A stretch of 64,000 bases of DNA from Candidatus Peregrinibacteria bacterium (GTDB taxonomy: Bacteria > Patescibacteriota > Gracilibacteria > Peribacterales > Peribacteraceae): contig JABGQH010000011.1 of NCBI GenBank assembly GCA_018648865.1, positions 24,842-88,841 on the forward strand, given 5' to 3'. The position numbers and the translations under genes are program-made. Position 1 is the first letter of the stretch; every line of letters starts with the position of its first letter. The notes below the pieces were generated by a model that ran no database searches, was not told where the DNA came from, and saw only the letters and a list, made by a program, of their open reading frames with translations. Shown piece after piece: positions 36,548 through 46,094 of the stretch.

Positions 36548-36931
36548 TTATAGTAGTTGTTCAATTCCATTCCAAAAAGCATTCATAGCATTTGCTGAAT
36601 CTCTTCCAGAAACAGTAATACCAGTTTCATGTGCTATACGATTTCTAAGCTTATGAGCTTTCCATAAGGCTTCTTCATTGGGAAAACGTGATCCAGACTT
36701 TTTTAGCTTTTCTGCCATAGTTCCTTTGTACCCAGCAGATTCTAAAGCTTTACAAAAAATTATTTCTGCCTGCATTACACGCATTGCTGGGTCATTTAAA
36801 TGCTTCAATGCAGCCCATAGAGCACGAATTCTCTTACTATCTCTTTTATTTAATTTGCGTGAAGATAGTTTCCACCATACATAAATTACAAATGCAGCTG
36901 CAATGCCAGCAAGAGAAAAAATAGGTACCAT
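36548..36931 (-). CDS. hypothetical N-terminally anchored protein
   Basis: 127 aa with one TM helix followed by a helical soluble domain. Confidence 0.5.
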   Translation of the reverse strand: MVPIFSLAGIAAAFVIYVWWKLSSRKLNKRDSKRIRALWAALKHLNDPAMRVMQAEIIFCKALESAGYKGTMAEKLKKSGSRFPNEEALWKAHKLRNRIAHETGITVSGRDSANAMNAFWNGIEQLL

Positions 36932-37557
36932 TATTCATCGTTAGAGGAATCATCAAAATCTTCTAATTGAATTTCTCTAGCAATAATTGTAGAAAGCAAT
37001 TCTTGAACATGTTTAGAATCCTTTAAATTATTTGTATTCATGTAATCTTCCATATATTTCATAATTTTTTGCTCTATCTCTCTAGGCTTTGGAACACTAT
37101 CTAGAGAAATTGCATTCCCTGTTGAAATTTTTTCTGCACTTAATGTTCCGAAACTAAAAACTGTATTCAAAACACCTTGGATCTCATAACTTACACCTTG
37201 AATATCACTATATAGAACACGAGTAGATGTTCTATGAAACCATCCATGCCAAGCAACATCAATAATCCCATCAGTAGTAATCACCCATGCATCTAAATAG
37301 TAATCAAAGAAATTTCTTAATAGCCATACGAGGGAAACAACCGCCCAAATAGAAACTATATAATATATAACTGTATACAAAGGAAATAACGTTATTAGAT
37401 ATATACAGAACAAAAACGACAATATTGGAACAATTAAAAACTTAACACCAATGAACCAATGTTTATGTACAACCAAATTTAATTCTTCATCATCATGTAA
37501 ATGCCTAGAGAAGAACCAACGATTAAGATCAAACTGCATGACAAAATAATAGCACAA
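36931..37557 (-). CDS. membrane protein with bacterial PH (YdbS/YdbT-like) domain
   Basis: Two TM helices followed by a beta-rich domain, in the arrangement typical of bPH_2 proteins. This is a pattern match only. Confidence 0.5.
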   Translation of the reverse strand: MCYYFVMQFDLNRWFFSRHLHDDEELNLVVHKHWFIGVKFLIVPILSFLFCIYLITLFPLYTVIYYIVSIWAVVSLVWLLRNFFDYYLDAWVITTDGIIDVAWHGWFHRTSTRVLYSDIQGVSYEIQGVLNTVFSFGTLSAEKISTGNAISLDSVPKPREIEQKIMKYMEDYMNTNNLKDSKHVQELLSTIIAREIQLEDFDDSSNDE

Positions 37558-37636
37558 TTTATAAAAATAGAAGAAATGGCTATTTAAAGAAGAATTTGAG
37601 CTGTTAGATTTATAAATTATAGATATACTGGAATAG

Positions 37637-38266
37637 ATGACTAAAAAACAACATGGTCTGCTATTTCACATCGGAGATGTAGTACTAAACATAATTCTTA
37701 TAGTTGCTGTTGTAGTAGCTATACGAACATTCCTTGTGTCCCCTTTTCAAGTAGATGGAAATTCTATGGCAGATACATTAGAGGATGGGCAATACATAAT
37801 CATAAACAAACTTGCTTACATTGTAGGCAAACCAAAAAGAGGAGACATAGCTGTATTTAATCCTCCAGGAGAAAATAGAAAATACTACGTGAAGAGAGTG
37901 ATTGGTTTACCAGGAGATAAAATTAGTATTCGCGATGGTTATATTTATTTAATAAAAAGTGGAGAAGAAGAGGAATCTAAACTAAGAGAAATCTATTTGA
38001 ATGAAGCTAATGATGGCCACACTTACAGGCACCCACCACAACAAGAAAACAAATCCGAGATTGTTTTCTCTGTACCAGAAGATAAATATCTTTTACTAGG
38101 AGATAATAGAAAAGGAAGCCTAGATAGTAGAAGTTTTGGAATATTGGATAAAAACAAATCCTATGTAGGTGAGGATGAAATTAAAGGTCGTGTTTGGTTT
38201 GTTGCATTGCCACTCTCCAAAATCAATGTGATTGATTGCCCTGGATATGAATTCTGTAAAGAATAA
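37637..38266 (+). CDS. lepB: signal peptidase I
   Basis: GNSMADTL (catalytic Ser), YVKRVIGLPGD (Lys) and GDNRKGSLDSR boxes. Confidence 0.9.
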   Translation: MTKKQHGLLFHIGDVVLNIILIVAVVVAIRTFLVSPFQVDGNSMADTLEDGQYIIINKLAYIVGKPKRGDIAVFNPPGENRKYYVKRVIGLPGDKISIRDGYIYLIKSGEEEESKLREIYLNEANDGHTYRHPPQQENKSEIVFSVPEDKYLLLGDNRKGSLDSRSFGILDKNKSYVGEDEIKGRVWFVALPLSKINVIDCPGYEFCKE

Positions 38267-38367
38267 TGGTTTTTCGCAATAAAAAAGCTTAAATTCCTAT
38301 TGCAACCTGTCAAAGCTCAAGTAGAATACTTGTGTGTCTCCTCGGAGGCTTTTTTCAAAACAATTAA

Positions 38368-38556
38368 ATGAAGATTATCCGCACTTACATCACCGAAGCA
38401 ATAGAAGAATTGCACCATGTTCGTTGGCCAACACGTCAGCAAGCCATAAAGCTATCTATTATAGTAATAGGATTTGTAGCCGTTACTACTATCGCATTTG
38501 GTTCAGTAGACTATCTATTGGCTCAATTCATGCAACTACTACTTTCTTTCGCTTAA
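38368..38556 (+). CDS. secE: preprotein translocase subunit SecE
   Basis: 62 aa with EL..V.WPTRQQ followed by a single TM helix, immediately upstream of nusG. Confidence 0.85.
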   Translation: MKIIRTYITEAIEELHHVRWPTRQQAIKLSIIVIGFVAVTTIAFGSVDYLLAQFMQLLLSFA

Positions 38557-38564
38557 ATTAATAT

Positions 38565-39110
38565 ATGGGTAAACAAGATCCAAACGCAGGCAGAAATTGG
38601 TATGTTGTTCATACATATTCAGGATACGAAGATGCTGTATGTGAATCCCTAAAGCAACGTATTGAATCGCTTGGAATGCAAGACAACATCTTTGATGTTC
38701 AAGTCCCTAAAGAAAAACAATTAACATTTAAAAAAGGAGAACCAATAGAAGAAGAGAAAAAGCTATTCCCAGGCTATGTACTAGTAGATATGAATGTAAC
38801 TGACGACAGTTGGTATTTGGTAAGGAATACACCAAACGTAACTGGATTTGTAGGATCTGGAAATATTCCTGTACCAGTTTCACCTGATGAGTACGGAGTA
38901 ATAGAAAGAAGAGTAGGAGAACAAGAAGCTAAGTTTAAGAGTGATTTCCAAATTGGAGACTTGGTAGTAATCGTAGATGGACCATTTAAAAACTATGAAG
39001 GTGCAGTTAATTCAGTTGATGTTAACAAAGGTAAAATCACTGTGATGGTTCTAATCTTTGATAGAGAAACGCCTGTAGAACTAGACTTTACTCAAGCTCA
39101 AAAGAAATAG
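38565..39110 (+). CDS. nusG: transcription termination/antitermination protein NusG
   Basis: WYVVHTYSGYE, FPGYVLV and a KOW motif (GDLVVIVDGPFKNYEG). Confidence 0.95.
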   Translation: MGKQDPNAGRNWYVVHTYSGYEDAVCESLKQRIESLGMQDNIFDVQVPKEKQLTFKKGEPIEEEKKLFPGYVLVDMNVTDDSWYLVRNTPNVTGFVGSGNIPVPVSPDEYGVIERRVGEQEAKFKSDFQIGDLVVIVDGPFKNYEGAVNSVDVNKGKITVMVLIFDRETPVELDFTQAQKK

Positions 39111-39131
39111 TCTTTTCCTATTTATTCTTTT

Positions 39132-39398
39132 ATGTCTGCCATTCGAATAATGATCGAAGGCAAGGTTCAAGGAGTATTTTTTCGCACATCTACATTACAA
39201 AAGGCAAGAGAGTTAGAACTGCTTGGGTGGATTAAAAATACAAATAATGGATGTGTGGAAATTCATGCAGAAGGAAAAGAATGTGCATTAGAAGATCTAA
39301 TTAAGTGGTGTAAGAAAGGCCCAGAGGATGCAGAAGTTAAGCGCGTACTTTCAAATAGTGTTCCAGAGGAATACTTCAAATCCTTTGAGATTATATAA
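39132..39398 (+). CDS. acyP: acylphosphatase
   Basis: 88 aa with the GKVQGVFFR signature. Confidence 0.85.
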   Translation: MSAIRIMIEGKVQGVFFRTSTLQKARELELLGWIKNTNNGCVEIHAEGKECALEDLIKWCKKGPEDAEVKRVLSNSVPEEYFKSFEII

Positions 39399-39399
39399 A

Positions 39400-40719
39400 T
39401 TATGCTCTCCTTCTCATTTTAATTTGCCAAGGGAGCAATACAGATAACCCAACTAATTGAACTATCTGGCCTATTGTAAATCCTATTGCAATTGCATATA
39501 CACCATAAGAGGAAGCAAAATACCAAGCGAAAGTAATCGCAACTGCTCCATTAATAACACTAAATATAGCAGGTAGGGCCGTCTGCTTTAATGAATAGAA
39601 TGATCTTAACAATAAATGGTTAACGCTCTCAAATGGGATGCTAATAGCATAGAAGAGCAAACAAATTGAAAATACAGATAAGACATGAGAAATGTTAACA
39701 AGCCTTGCAGCAATTGGAGCAAGTGCATATAAAGCAATAGATCCTGGGATTGTAATAGCCAGCATCATTAGTATCCCCTTTCTTAAATACACCATAAAAC
39801 GATTCCATTCATTGGCTGCAGCAGATTGACTCAACAATGAAAAAGCAGATTGAGCCAGAGCTATTCCTGCAATACCAACAACTACAGACTGAAAGTTTCT
39901 AGCATAAGCATTAATTGTTACAGACCCAGAACCCAAACCAGATGCGACCCTATCAAAAATTAATAACTCTACTTGCAAAGCGCCAAGTGCTAAAACCCTT
40001 GGCAACATCAGTAGTAGCATCTCATTTATATCTGGATGCCAGATAGAAATAGAAGGTTTAAATCCAGATCTAACAACCGCAAACAAGCGAAAAATAACAT
40101 ATAAGACTGCTCCTATTAGAGATCCAATTATTGGACCATATGCTCCTATATATGGCGTAAGGAACAAAGTTCCACATATTGTACCAAGTGTATAAAGGAT
40201 AGGAGTTATTCCATATAACCAATATCGCTGTACTGTGATTAAGTACTGCCCAAAGGCATTACCAAAAACAAAGAGGAAATTAGTTAAAAGTGCGATCCTA
40301 CCAAAGGCAATATATAGATCTAATGATTCACCAGTAAATTGCGTAAGCAAAGGAGCTATATGATTAAAGAATATTGCTGTTAATAAAGCGACAAACCCAA
40401 AGAGCAATGCAGCAACAGAAACAACACTGCTAAGAAGATCAGACATATTCTTGCCGTCTTTATTTGACCAATATTTAGAAAGTAATGGAACTAGAGCTAC
40501 AGAAAATCCTGCTGATATACACATTTGAAATAGCAAATCACTTGGCCTGAAAGCTGCTATATATACGTCTACAACGTCTAAACCAGGGAAAGTAGAAGCT
40601 AAAACTCTATCTCTGATTAGCCCTGCAAAAGAAGATCCGAATTGAAGTACAGCAAGCACAGCAGCCCCACCCAGAATACGATTCTGTGAAAACTGGCCGA
40701 ACAGGTCTTTTGCTCTCAT
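39400..40719 (-). CDS. murJ: lipid II flippase MurJ/MviN family
   Basis: 439-aa polytopic protein. The N-terminus FAGLIRDRVLASTFPG..DVYIAAFR matches the MurJ signature. Confidence 0.8.
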   Translation of the reverse strand: MRAKDLFGQFSQNRILGGAAVLAVLQFGSSFAGLIRDRVLASTFPGLDVVDVYIAAFRPSDLLFQMCISAGFSVALVPLLSKYWSNKDGKNMSDLLSSVVSVAALLFGFVALLTAIFFNHIAPLLTQFTGESLDLYIAFGRIALLTNFLFVFGNAFGQYLITVQRYWLYGITPILYTLGTICGTLFLTPYIGAYGPIIGSLIGAVLYVIFRLFAVVRSGFKPSISIWHPDINEMLLLMLPRVLALGALQVELLIFDRVASGLGSGSVTINAYARNFQSVVVGIAGIALAQSAFSLLSQSAAANEWNRFMVYLRKGILMMLAITIPGSIALYALAPIAARLVNISHVLSVFSICLLFYAISIPFESVNHLLLRSFYSLKQTALPAIFSVINGAVAITFAWYFASSYGVYAIAIGFTIGQIVQLVGLSVLLPWQIKMRRRA

Positions 40720-40839
40720 AAATTAAGTAATTGGAATATACAGTTATTTTCATTATAGTGCCAAAATTCAAGAATTTGATTAAAAATGGCTATTTAACTA
40801 GAAAATATTCAAAATAAATGTAGATTATTAAGACAACCA

Positions 40840-40951
40840 TGTTCTCTCTCATAGAGAGGCGTGATAAGCAAGCTCCTGTCACTCTGGACAGGGCACGCTA
40901 CATAGGGGCAAAGAATTATCAAATCATACTATTCTCTGCCCCACCTTTTTT
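40840..40951 (+). promoter_or_regulatory. structured 5' leader with intrinsic terminator upstream of purL (candidate riboswitch or attenuator, class unknown)
   Basis: GC-rich nested helices (GCGTG..CACGC enclosing CCTGTC..GACAGG) are followed by the terminator at 40905-40951. The element lies between divergent murJ and purL starts. Confidence 0.4.
40905..40951 (+). terminator. intrinsic terminator hairpin in the purL leader
   Basis: 12-bp stem GGGGCAAAGAAT/ATTCTCTGCCCC with one mismatch and a 14-nt loop, followed by acc-TTTTTT. Confidence 0.6.
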
Positions 40952-40981
40952 ATAAAAAAATTTTCACAGGCAGCTTTAGTA

Positions 40982-43495
40982 GTGCATAATCTATTCATGC
41001 CCGACACGAGCTCAGAAAACAATGCAGAAAAATACATTCCAAAAACACTTCCTATTTCTAGCTCAACAGATCAAAAGATTCAGGATCTGTTAAAAGAATT
41101 CAGTATTAGCCTGACAGTAGATGAAGCAAAGAAAGTAGCTAACTTACTAAATCATGATCCTACCGTAATAGAAGCTGTAATTTGGGGGATACAAGGATCT
41201 GAGCACTGCAGTTATAAATCTAGCAAACAATACCTTAGACAGTTCCCTACCACTGGAAAACACATAATATTGGGACCAGTAGAAGATAGTGGAATCGTAG
41301 CTATAACAGATGGACCAGTTGGGGAAAGATGGGGGTTTGTTGTGACACATGAATCACATAATCATCCTTCTCAAATTGTTCCTTATGAAGGAGCAGCAAC
41401 AGGTGTAGGAGGAACCGTTCGTGATGTTATTTGTATGGGTGCCAGAGTGATAGGATGCATGGATATGCTTAGGCTAGGAGATCTAAAAACAGATGAGAGT
41501 AAAACAATTGCAAAAGAAGTAGTAAGAGGTATAGGTGGTTACGGCAACCCTCTAGGGATTCCAAATTTAGGAGGAGATACAGTCTTTGATTCTAGCTACA
41601 ACAGCAACTGTTTAGTAAACGCTATTGCTCTTGGGATTATTAAAGAAGATGAAATCATCCATAGTTATGTTCCAGAGGAAGCAGCCGAAATAGGATACGA
41701 CATAATACTTGTAGGTAAGCCAACCGATCGTAGTGGATTTGGAGGAGCATCATTTGCCAGTGCATCTATGGAAGAAGATGAACAAAAACAGAACACAGGC
41801 GCTGTTCAAGAGCCAAATCCATTTTTAGAACGTCATTTGCTAGCATCTTGTTACGCGCTATTTGATTGGCTAGTAGCAGAAGGAAAACTGCATAAAATTA
41901 GCTGCAAGGACCTAGGTGCAGGCGGAGTTGTATGCGCAAGTGTTGAGCAAGTTGCAGACAAGGGATTTGGAGCAGATGTGTATTTAGATAATGTGCATGT
42001 AGCGTTAGACGGTCTTCCTCCAGAAGTGATTGGGTGTGCAGAAACTCAAGAAAGATTATGTTTCACATGCCACCCAGATCTTACAGAACGTATAGTTGCG
42101 CATTTTAACGAAGATTGGGATCTGCCAAATATTGCAGAGAATGCAAGAGCAAGTGTTATTGGTAAGGTAACAAAAGAAAACATTTACCGTCTGTACTACA
42201 AAGGAGCAATTGTTTGTGAGGCAAAAGCTTTAGATATTACATGCGGACTTTCATATGAACGCCCAGTTGCACCTAAACAATCTGAATTTACAGAACCAGA
42301 GATAGTAGAAAATTCGTCATTTAATATTACTATTGATTCAAAGCAATTCAGCTTGAAAGAACTGTGTTCGCTTATGCTGAAAGATAAAAACGCTACAAGT
42401 AAGGCAGATGTGTATCGACATTTCGACAAAAATGTTATTGGTAATAGTATTTTAGAACCAGGAGAAGCAGATGCTAGCGTTATCGCACCACTACAGAATC
42501 TAAAAAGTTACATGCATCAACAGGAGCACCCAGGATGGGAGCTTTCTGAAAGTGATAAATGGAAAGGTGTTGCAGTTTCAGCTGATGGGAATGGAAGATA
42601 TGGGAGGATCTCTCCATATTGGCAAGGTGTTAATGCAACAGTAGAAGCAATGCTAAATGTTGCTGCAGTAGGCTCTACACCTAGAGCTTTAACAGATTGT
42701 TTAAATTACGGTAATCCAGAGATACCAGAACAAATGTGGGAACTAGCCGAGGGAACAAAAGGAATAGCAGATACAGCTAAAAATGTAGAACTAGATGGAG
42801 AGCCAGTTGCGATCATTTCTGGGAATGTGAGTTTATATAATAGTAAGCCAGATGGATCGTCTATTGATCCAACTGCCATAGTTAGCTGTATTGGGATACT
42901 CTCTGATGCGAGAAAGGCAGTATCTATGCAATTAAAGAAAGCTGACTCACATATATTTATTATAGGAGAGAGAAAAGATGAGCTAGGAGGATCACTTATG
43001 TATCAGATGCTAGAAGAACAAACTAATTCAAAAAGAAATAGCTTAATCGGCAAAAACATACCAAAGCCAGACTTTAAATACGTTGCAAAATTGATAGAAG
43101 TAATTACAAAAGCAATTTCTAAAGAAATAATATTATCTAGCCATGACATAAGTGACGGAGGATTATTATTATCACTTATTGAAATGACTTTCCCACAAAG
43201 AAAATTGGGAGGGAACATCGGATTACAAATTAATTTAGATAAATTAAATAGTGAACTACCAACGTGGAAATTACTATTCAGCGAAACATCTGGTTTTGTT
43301 GTAGAGGTTGATTCAAGCAATTGCGAAGAATTGAATCAAATAGCAAAAGAGAATGGAGTATTTATAGAAGAGATAGGAAGAACATCAAAAGATAATGACT
43401 TCTCCATTTCATATAATGGAGAATCAATCATTTCTGAAAATATAAAGGAATTACATACTACATGGGCAAATGGGCTGAGAAATTGCTGGAAATAG
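40982..43495 (+). CDS. purL: phosphoribosylformylglycinamidine synthase subunit PurL
   Basis: GIQGSEHCSYKSS, THESHNHPS and paired AIR-synthase-like domains. The ORF-track start is GTG; an alternative ATG lies at 40997. Confidence 0.9.
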   Translation: MHNLFMPDTSSENNAEKYIPKTLPISSSTDQKIQDLLKEFSISLTVDEAKKVANLLNHDPTVIEAVIWGIQGSEHCSYKSSKQYLRQFPTTGKHIILGPVEDSGIVAITDGPVGERWGFVVTHESHNHPSQIVPYEGAATGVGGTVRDVICMGARVIGCMDMLRLGDLKTDESKTIAKEVVRGIGGYGNPLGIPNLGGDTVFDSSYNSNCLVNAIALGIIKEDEIIHSYVPEEAAEIGYDIILVGKPTDRSGFGGASFASASMEEDEQKQNTGAVQEPNPFLERHLLASCYALFDWLVAEGKLHKISCKDLGAGGVVCASVEQVADKGFGADVYLDNVHVALDGLPPEVIGCAETQERLCFTCHPDLTERIVAHFNEDWDLPNIAENARASVIGKVTKENIYRLYYKGAIVCEAKALDITCGLSYERPVAPKQSEFTEPEIVENSSFNITIDSKQFSLKELCSLMLKDKNATSKADVYRHFDKNVIGNSILEPGEADASVIAPLQNLKSYMHQQEHPGWELSESDKWKGVAVSADGNGRYGRISPYWQGVNATVEAMLNVAAVGSTPRALTDCLNYGNPEIPEQMWELAEGTKGIADTAKNVELDGEPVAIISGNVSLYNSKPDGSSIDPTAIVSCIGILSDARKAVSMQLKKADSHIFIIGERKDELGGSLMYQMLEEQTNSKRNSLIGKNIPKPDFKYVAKLIEVITKAISKEIILSSHDISDGGLLLSLIEMTFPQRKLGGNIGLQINLDKLNSELPTWKLLFSETSGFVVEVDSSNCEELNQIAKENGVFIEEIGRTSKDNDFSISYNGESIISENIKELHTTWANGLRNCWK

Positions 43496-43588
43496 CCTTT
43501 TTGAAGCAATAAGTTAAGTAATAGTTTTTTAGTATTTGACATACTTTCTTCTTTATGATTTAATACTCTCCTTTTTCAAATTTTTCAT

Positions 43589-44767
43589 ATGGAACTAAGT
43601 ATATTTTCCAAAATCAACAAAGTGGCAATGATTGCAGGAATCGTAGCTCTAACAGGAGCATATACAAATGTAGAAGCAGCAACACTTTCAGTTGAGCAAT
43701 CAAGCAGCATAAATCAATATGGGAAATGGACACTTACTAAGCCAAATTCATCAATATTGATGGGAGATGAAATGAGTTCTAAATTAACAAATCTTGCAGC
43801 GGGGTCTTATAAGCTACAAGTTTTGCCACCTAATTATGCTCAAACAATAATGACATTAATTAGAAATGGAGAAATTAAATACACTTCAGATGTTAGAGCG
43901 GTTCAATTTAATCTAGCGGATACCGATGAAGCAACTGTAGTTATTTCATTTGAATATGGAGGAATAATTGAAGTTACTAGTAACCCCCCAGGTGCAAAAT
44001 TTGAATTACAAAGCGGATCTCAAGGCAATCGAGTAATAGGAACAACACCAGAAACCTATACTGAAATGCCACCAATGCCATACTTTGTTGCATTTGAACG
44101 AATGGAGAATTGCCATGCGCCAAAGACTCAGCGCAGAACAGTAGAAGCCAATGGGACAGCAAAGTTCCATGCAGAATACAATTGCGATACTAAAGAAGAA
44201 GAAATAGAAGAAGAAGTTATTGATGAATCTGAGGATGACAATGAAGCGATAGAGATAGCCTCTGGCAATAGAGCAAATATTAAAATTTGGAATGAGTTTC
44301 ACCAAACTGAATCCTTACCAGGAAATACTGTATTTGTTACAGTTGGGATAAGAAATGTAAGTAAAAAGACAGTAAACAATGTAAAAGTAACTGAAAGCTT
44401 TAATCCAGATCATATATCTGTTCCAGTAAATGGCCTAAAAGGTGGAAAAACAGACAATCGAATGATTGTTTGGAATATTCCACAAATATTTGCAGGACAA
44501 TCTTGGAGCAAAACATTCCCCGTAGTCATTAATAAAAATTTATCTACAGGAGACAAAATCCAAATGATTTCACATGTTTCAGGGAACGAAGTTTGGCCAC
44601 CAGAATTAGAATTAATGAGCGAATCCATAGAAATGGGAATCGCGTCTATGCCAAAAACTGGAGGAGTAATGAGCAAGAATATTTCTTTGCTTATAGGGAT
44701 TGCTTCACTATTACTGACTTTAACAATACGCCGAAAATCACTCGTAGAATCTACAGTGCAAAAATAA
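43589..44767 (+). CDS. surface protein: paralogous N-domain + PEGA + DUF11-like + MPKTG sorting signal
   Basis: Signal peptide and PEGA-like segment (IIEVTSNPPGAKFEL...GTTPETY). MPKTG at 44648-44662 is followed by a TM helix and RRK. Confidence 0.75.
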   Translation: MELSIFSKINKVAMIAGIVALTGAYTNVEAATLSVEQSSSINQYGKWTLTKPNSSILMGDEMSSKLTNLAAGSYKLQVLPPNYAQTIMTLIRNGEIKYTSDVRAVQFNLADTDEATVVISFEYGGIIEVTSNPPGAKFELQSGSQGNRVIGTTPETYTEMPPMPYFVAFERMENCHAPKTQRRTVEANGTAKFHAEYNCDTKEEEIEEEVIDESEDDNEAIEIASGNRANIKIWNEFHQTESLPGNTVFVTVGIRNVSKKTVNNVKVTESFNPDHISVPVNGLKGGKTDNRMIVWNIPQIFAGQSWSKTFPVVINKNLSTGDKIQMISHVSGNEVWPPELELMSESIEMGIASMPKTGGVMSKNISLLIGIASLLLTLTIRRKSLVESTVQK

Positions 44768-44793
44768 TTAGTACGGGGAAGGGTTCCGTTCTG

Positions 44794-44818
44794 GCAGCGT
44801 GTATTACACGCTGCTTTT
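44794..44818 (+). terminator. rho-independent terminator
   Basis: 8-bp stem GCAGCGTG/CACGCTGC with loop tatta, followed by TTTT. Confidence 0.6.
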
Positions 44819-44858
44819 GCGGTATACTGTCACGGCTTTTTATATCCCCTATTAATTT

Positions 44859-46085
44859 ATGAAAAACTTTTCAATATTTATTTCTACTTGTGCATTACTT
44901 TGCATACTACCTATTTCTTTATCTGCACAAGAATCAACTACTGTACTTAAAATTGATCAGCGAAGTCCAAATGGGATTATTGGAGAATGGACCCTAATCA
45001 AGCCAGGGAATAAAAGAGCAACTCTTACAAAATTATCACAAACATTTAACGAAGTAGAAGAGGGGCTATATACACTTATGGTTACACCACCAAGTGGGGC
45101 AACTACAATTATAGAAAAATATTTAGAAGAAGATTTGATTGAACAGGTTGATCACCCACAATTATCTTTTGAAATAGAAGCAGGTGTCCATACTAATATT
45201 ATAATTTCTTATACATTCGTTAGAGTTGGTATTGTTTCTGTCAACAGTGAACCCGCTGGCCTAAAATATTCTTTAGAAGGGCCAAATGGATATGAAAGTA
45301 CTGGGACAACACCAGAATCATATCAAGAAATGCCAGTAGGCATGTATTCTGCCACATTTGAACCTATTACAGATTGTGCCGAACCAAAACCAATATCTGA
45401 TATTCTAGAAAAAGATAGTAGAATTAATTTCTCTATTACTTTGGCGTGCGAAGGATTGGAAGATCTAGCAGTTACACAAATTCAAAATACATCATTTAAA
45501 TATGTTCAATCAGTAATTGATGGAAACAAAGTTGTATTTTTTGATGTACCAATTTCTGAGTGGTATGCCCCATATATACAAACAGTAATTAAATCTGGAG
45601 TAATGTCTGGATACAAAGATGAAAATGGTAATTTGAGTGGCAGTTTTGGGCCTGGTAATAATGTGACAATGGCAGAATTACTAAAAGTAGCACATGAGCT
45701 TTCAGATATAGATGAAAATGCAGTAAGTGGAAGAGCAAATAATATACTCTCTAAAAGTACATGGTTCGAAAGATATATGAATTCAGCTGAAACATTAAAT
45801 TGGCTTGCTTACCAAGATCACAGATTAGACCCAGGGAAAAATGCAACAAGATCTGAAGTAATTGTGACTCTTCTTCAAGCACTTCAAGTTCCTAGACAAT
45901 GGTCAACAGGAGAAGCGTTTACAGATATAGAAAGATCAACTCTATATTCTTCTTCTGTAGAAACAGCCGCTCTAGACGGACTTGTTAACGGGTATGAAGA
46001 TGGTAGTTTCCGACCAAATGACTCTATAAATAGGGCAGAAATGGCCAAAATTATCTCTCAGGCAATTCTTCTATATAAGAACTAA
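44859..46085 (+). CDS. surface protein: paralogous N-domain + PEGA + three SLH domains
   Basis: Signal peptide and PEGA-like segment (IVSVNSEPAGLKYSL...GTTPESY). C-terminal SLH repeats are present (FFDVP..W...I......G.M.GY, FTDI......V..A...GLVNGYEDGSFRPN..INRAEMAKII). Confidence 0.8.
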   Translation: MKNFSIFISTCALLCILPISLSAQESTTVLKIDQRSPNGIIGEWTLIKPGNKRATLTKLSQTFNEVEEGLYTLMVTPPSGATTIIEKYLEEDLIEQVDHPQLSFEIEAGVHTNIIISYTFVRVGIVSVNSEPAGLKYSLEGPNGYESTGTTPESYQEMPVGMYSATFEPITDCAEPKPISDILEKDSRINFSITLACEGLEDLAVTQIQNTSFKYVQSVIDGNKVVFFDVPISEWYAPYIQTVIKSGVMSGYKDENGNLSGSFGPGNNVTMAELLKVAHELSDIDENAVSGRANNILSKSTWFERYMNSAETLNWLAYQDHRLDPGKNATRSEVIVTLLQALQVPRQWSTGEAFTDIERSTLYSSSVETAALDGLVNGYEDGSFRPNDSINRAEMAKIISQAILLYKN

Positions 46086-46094
46086 TTGTTCAAT

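Noticed and set aside
38334-38561. A 75-aa ORF overlapping secE in another frame.
   Set aside because: The 62-aa frame gives a textbook SecE (WPTRQQ followed by a TM helix). The alternative frame is Arg/Ser-rich with no features.
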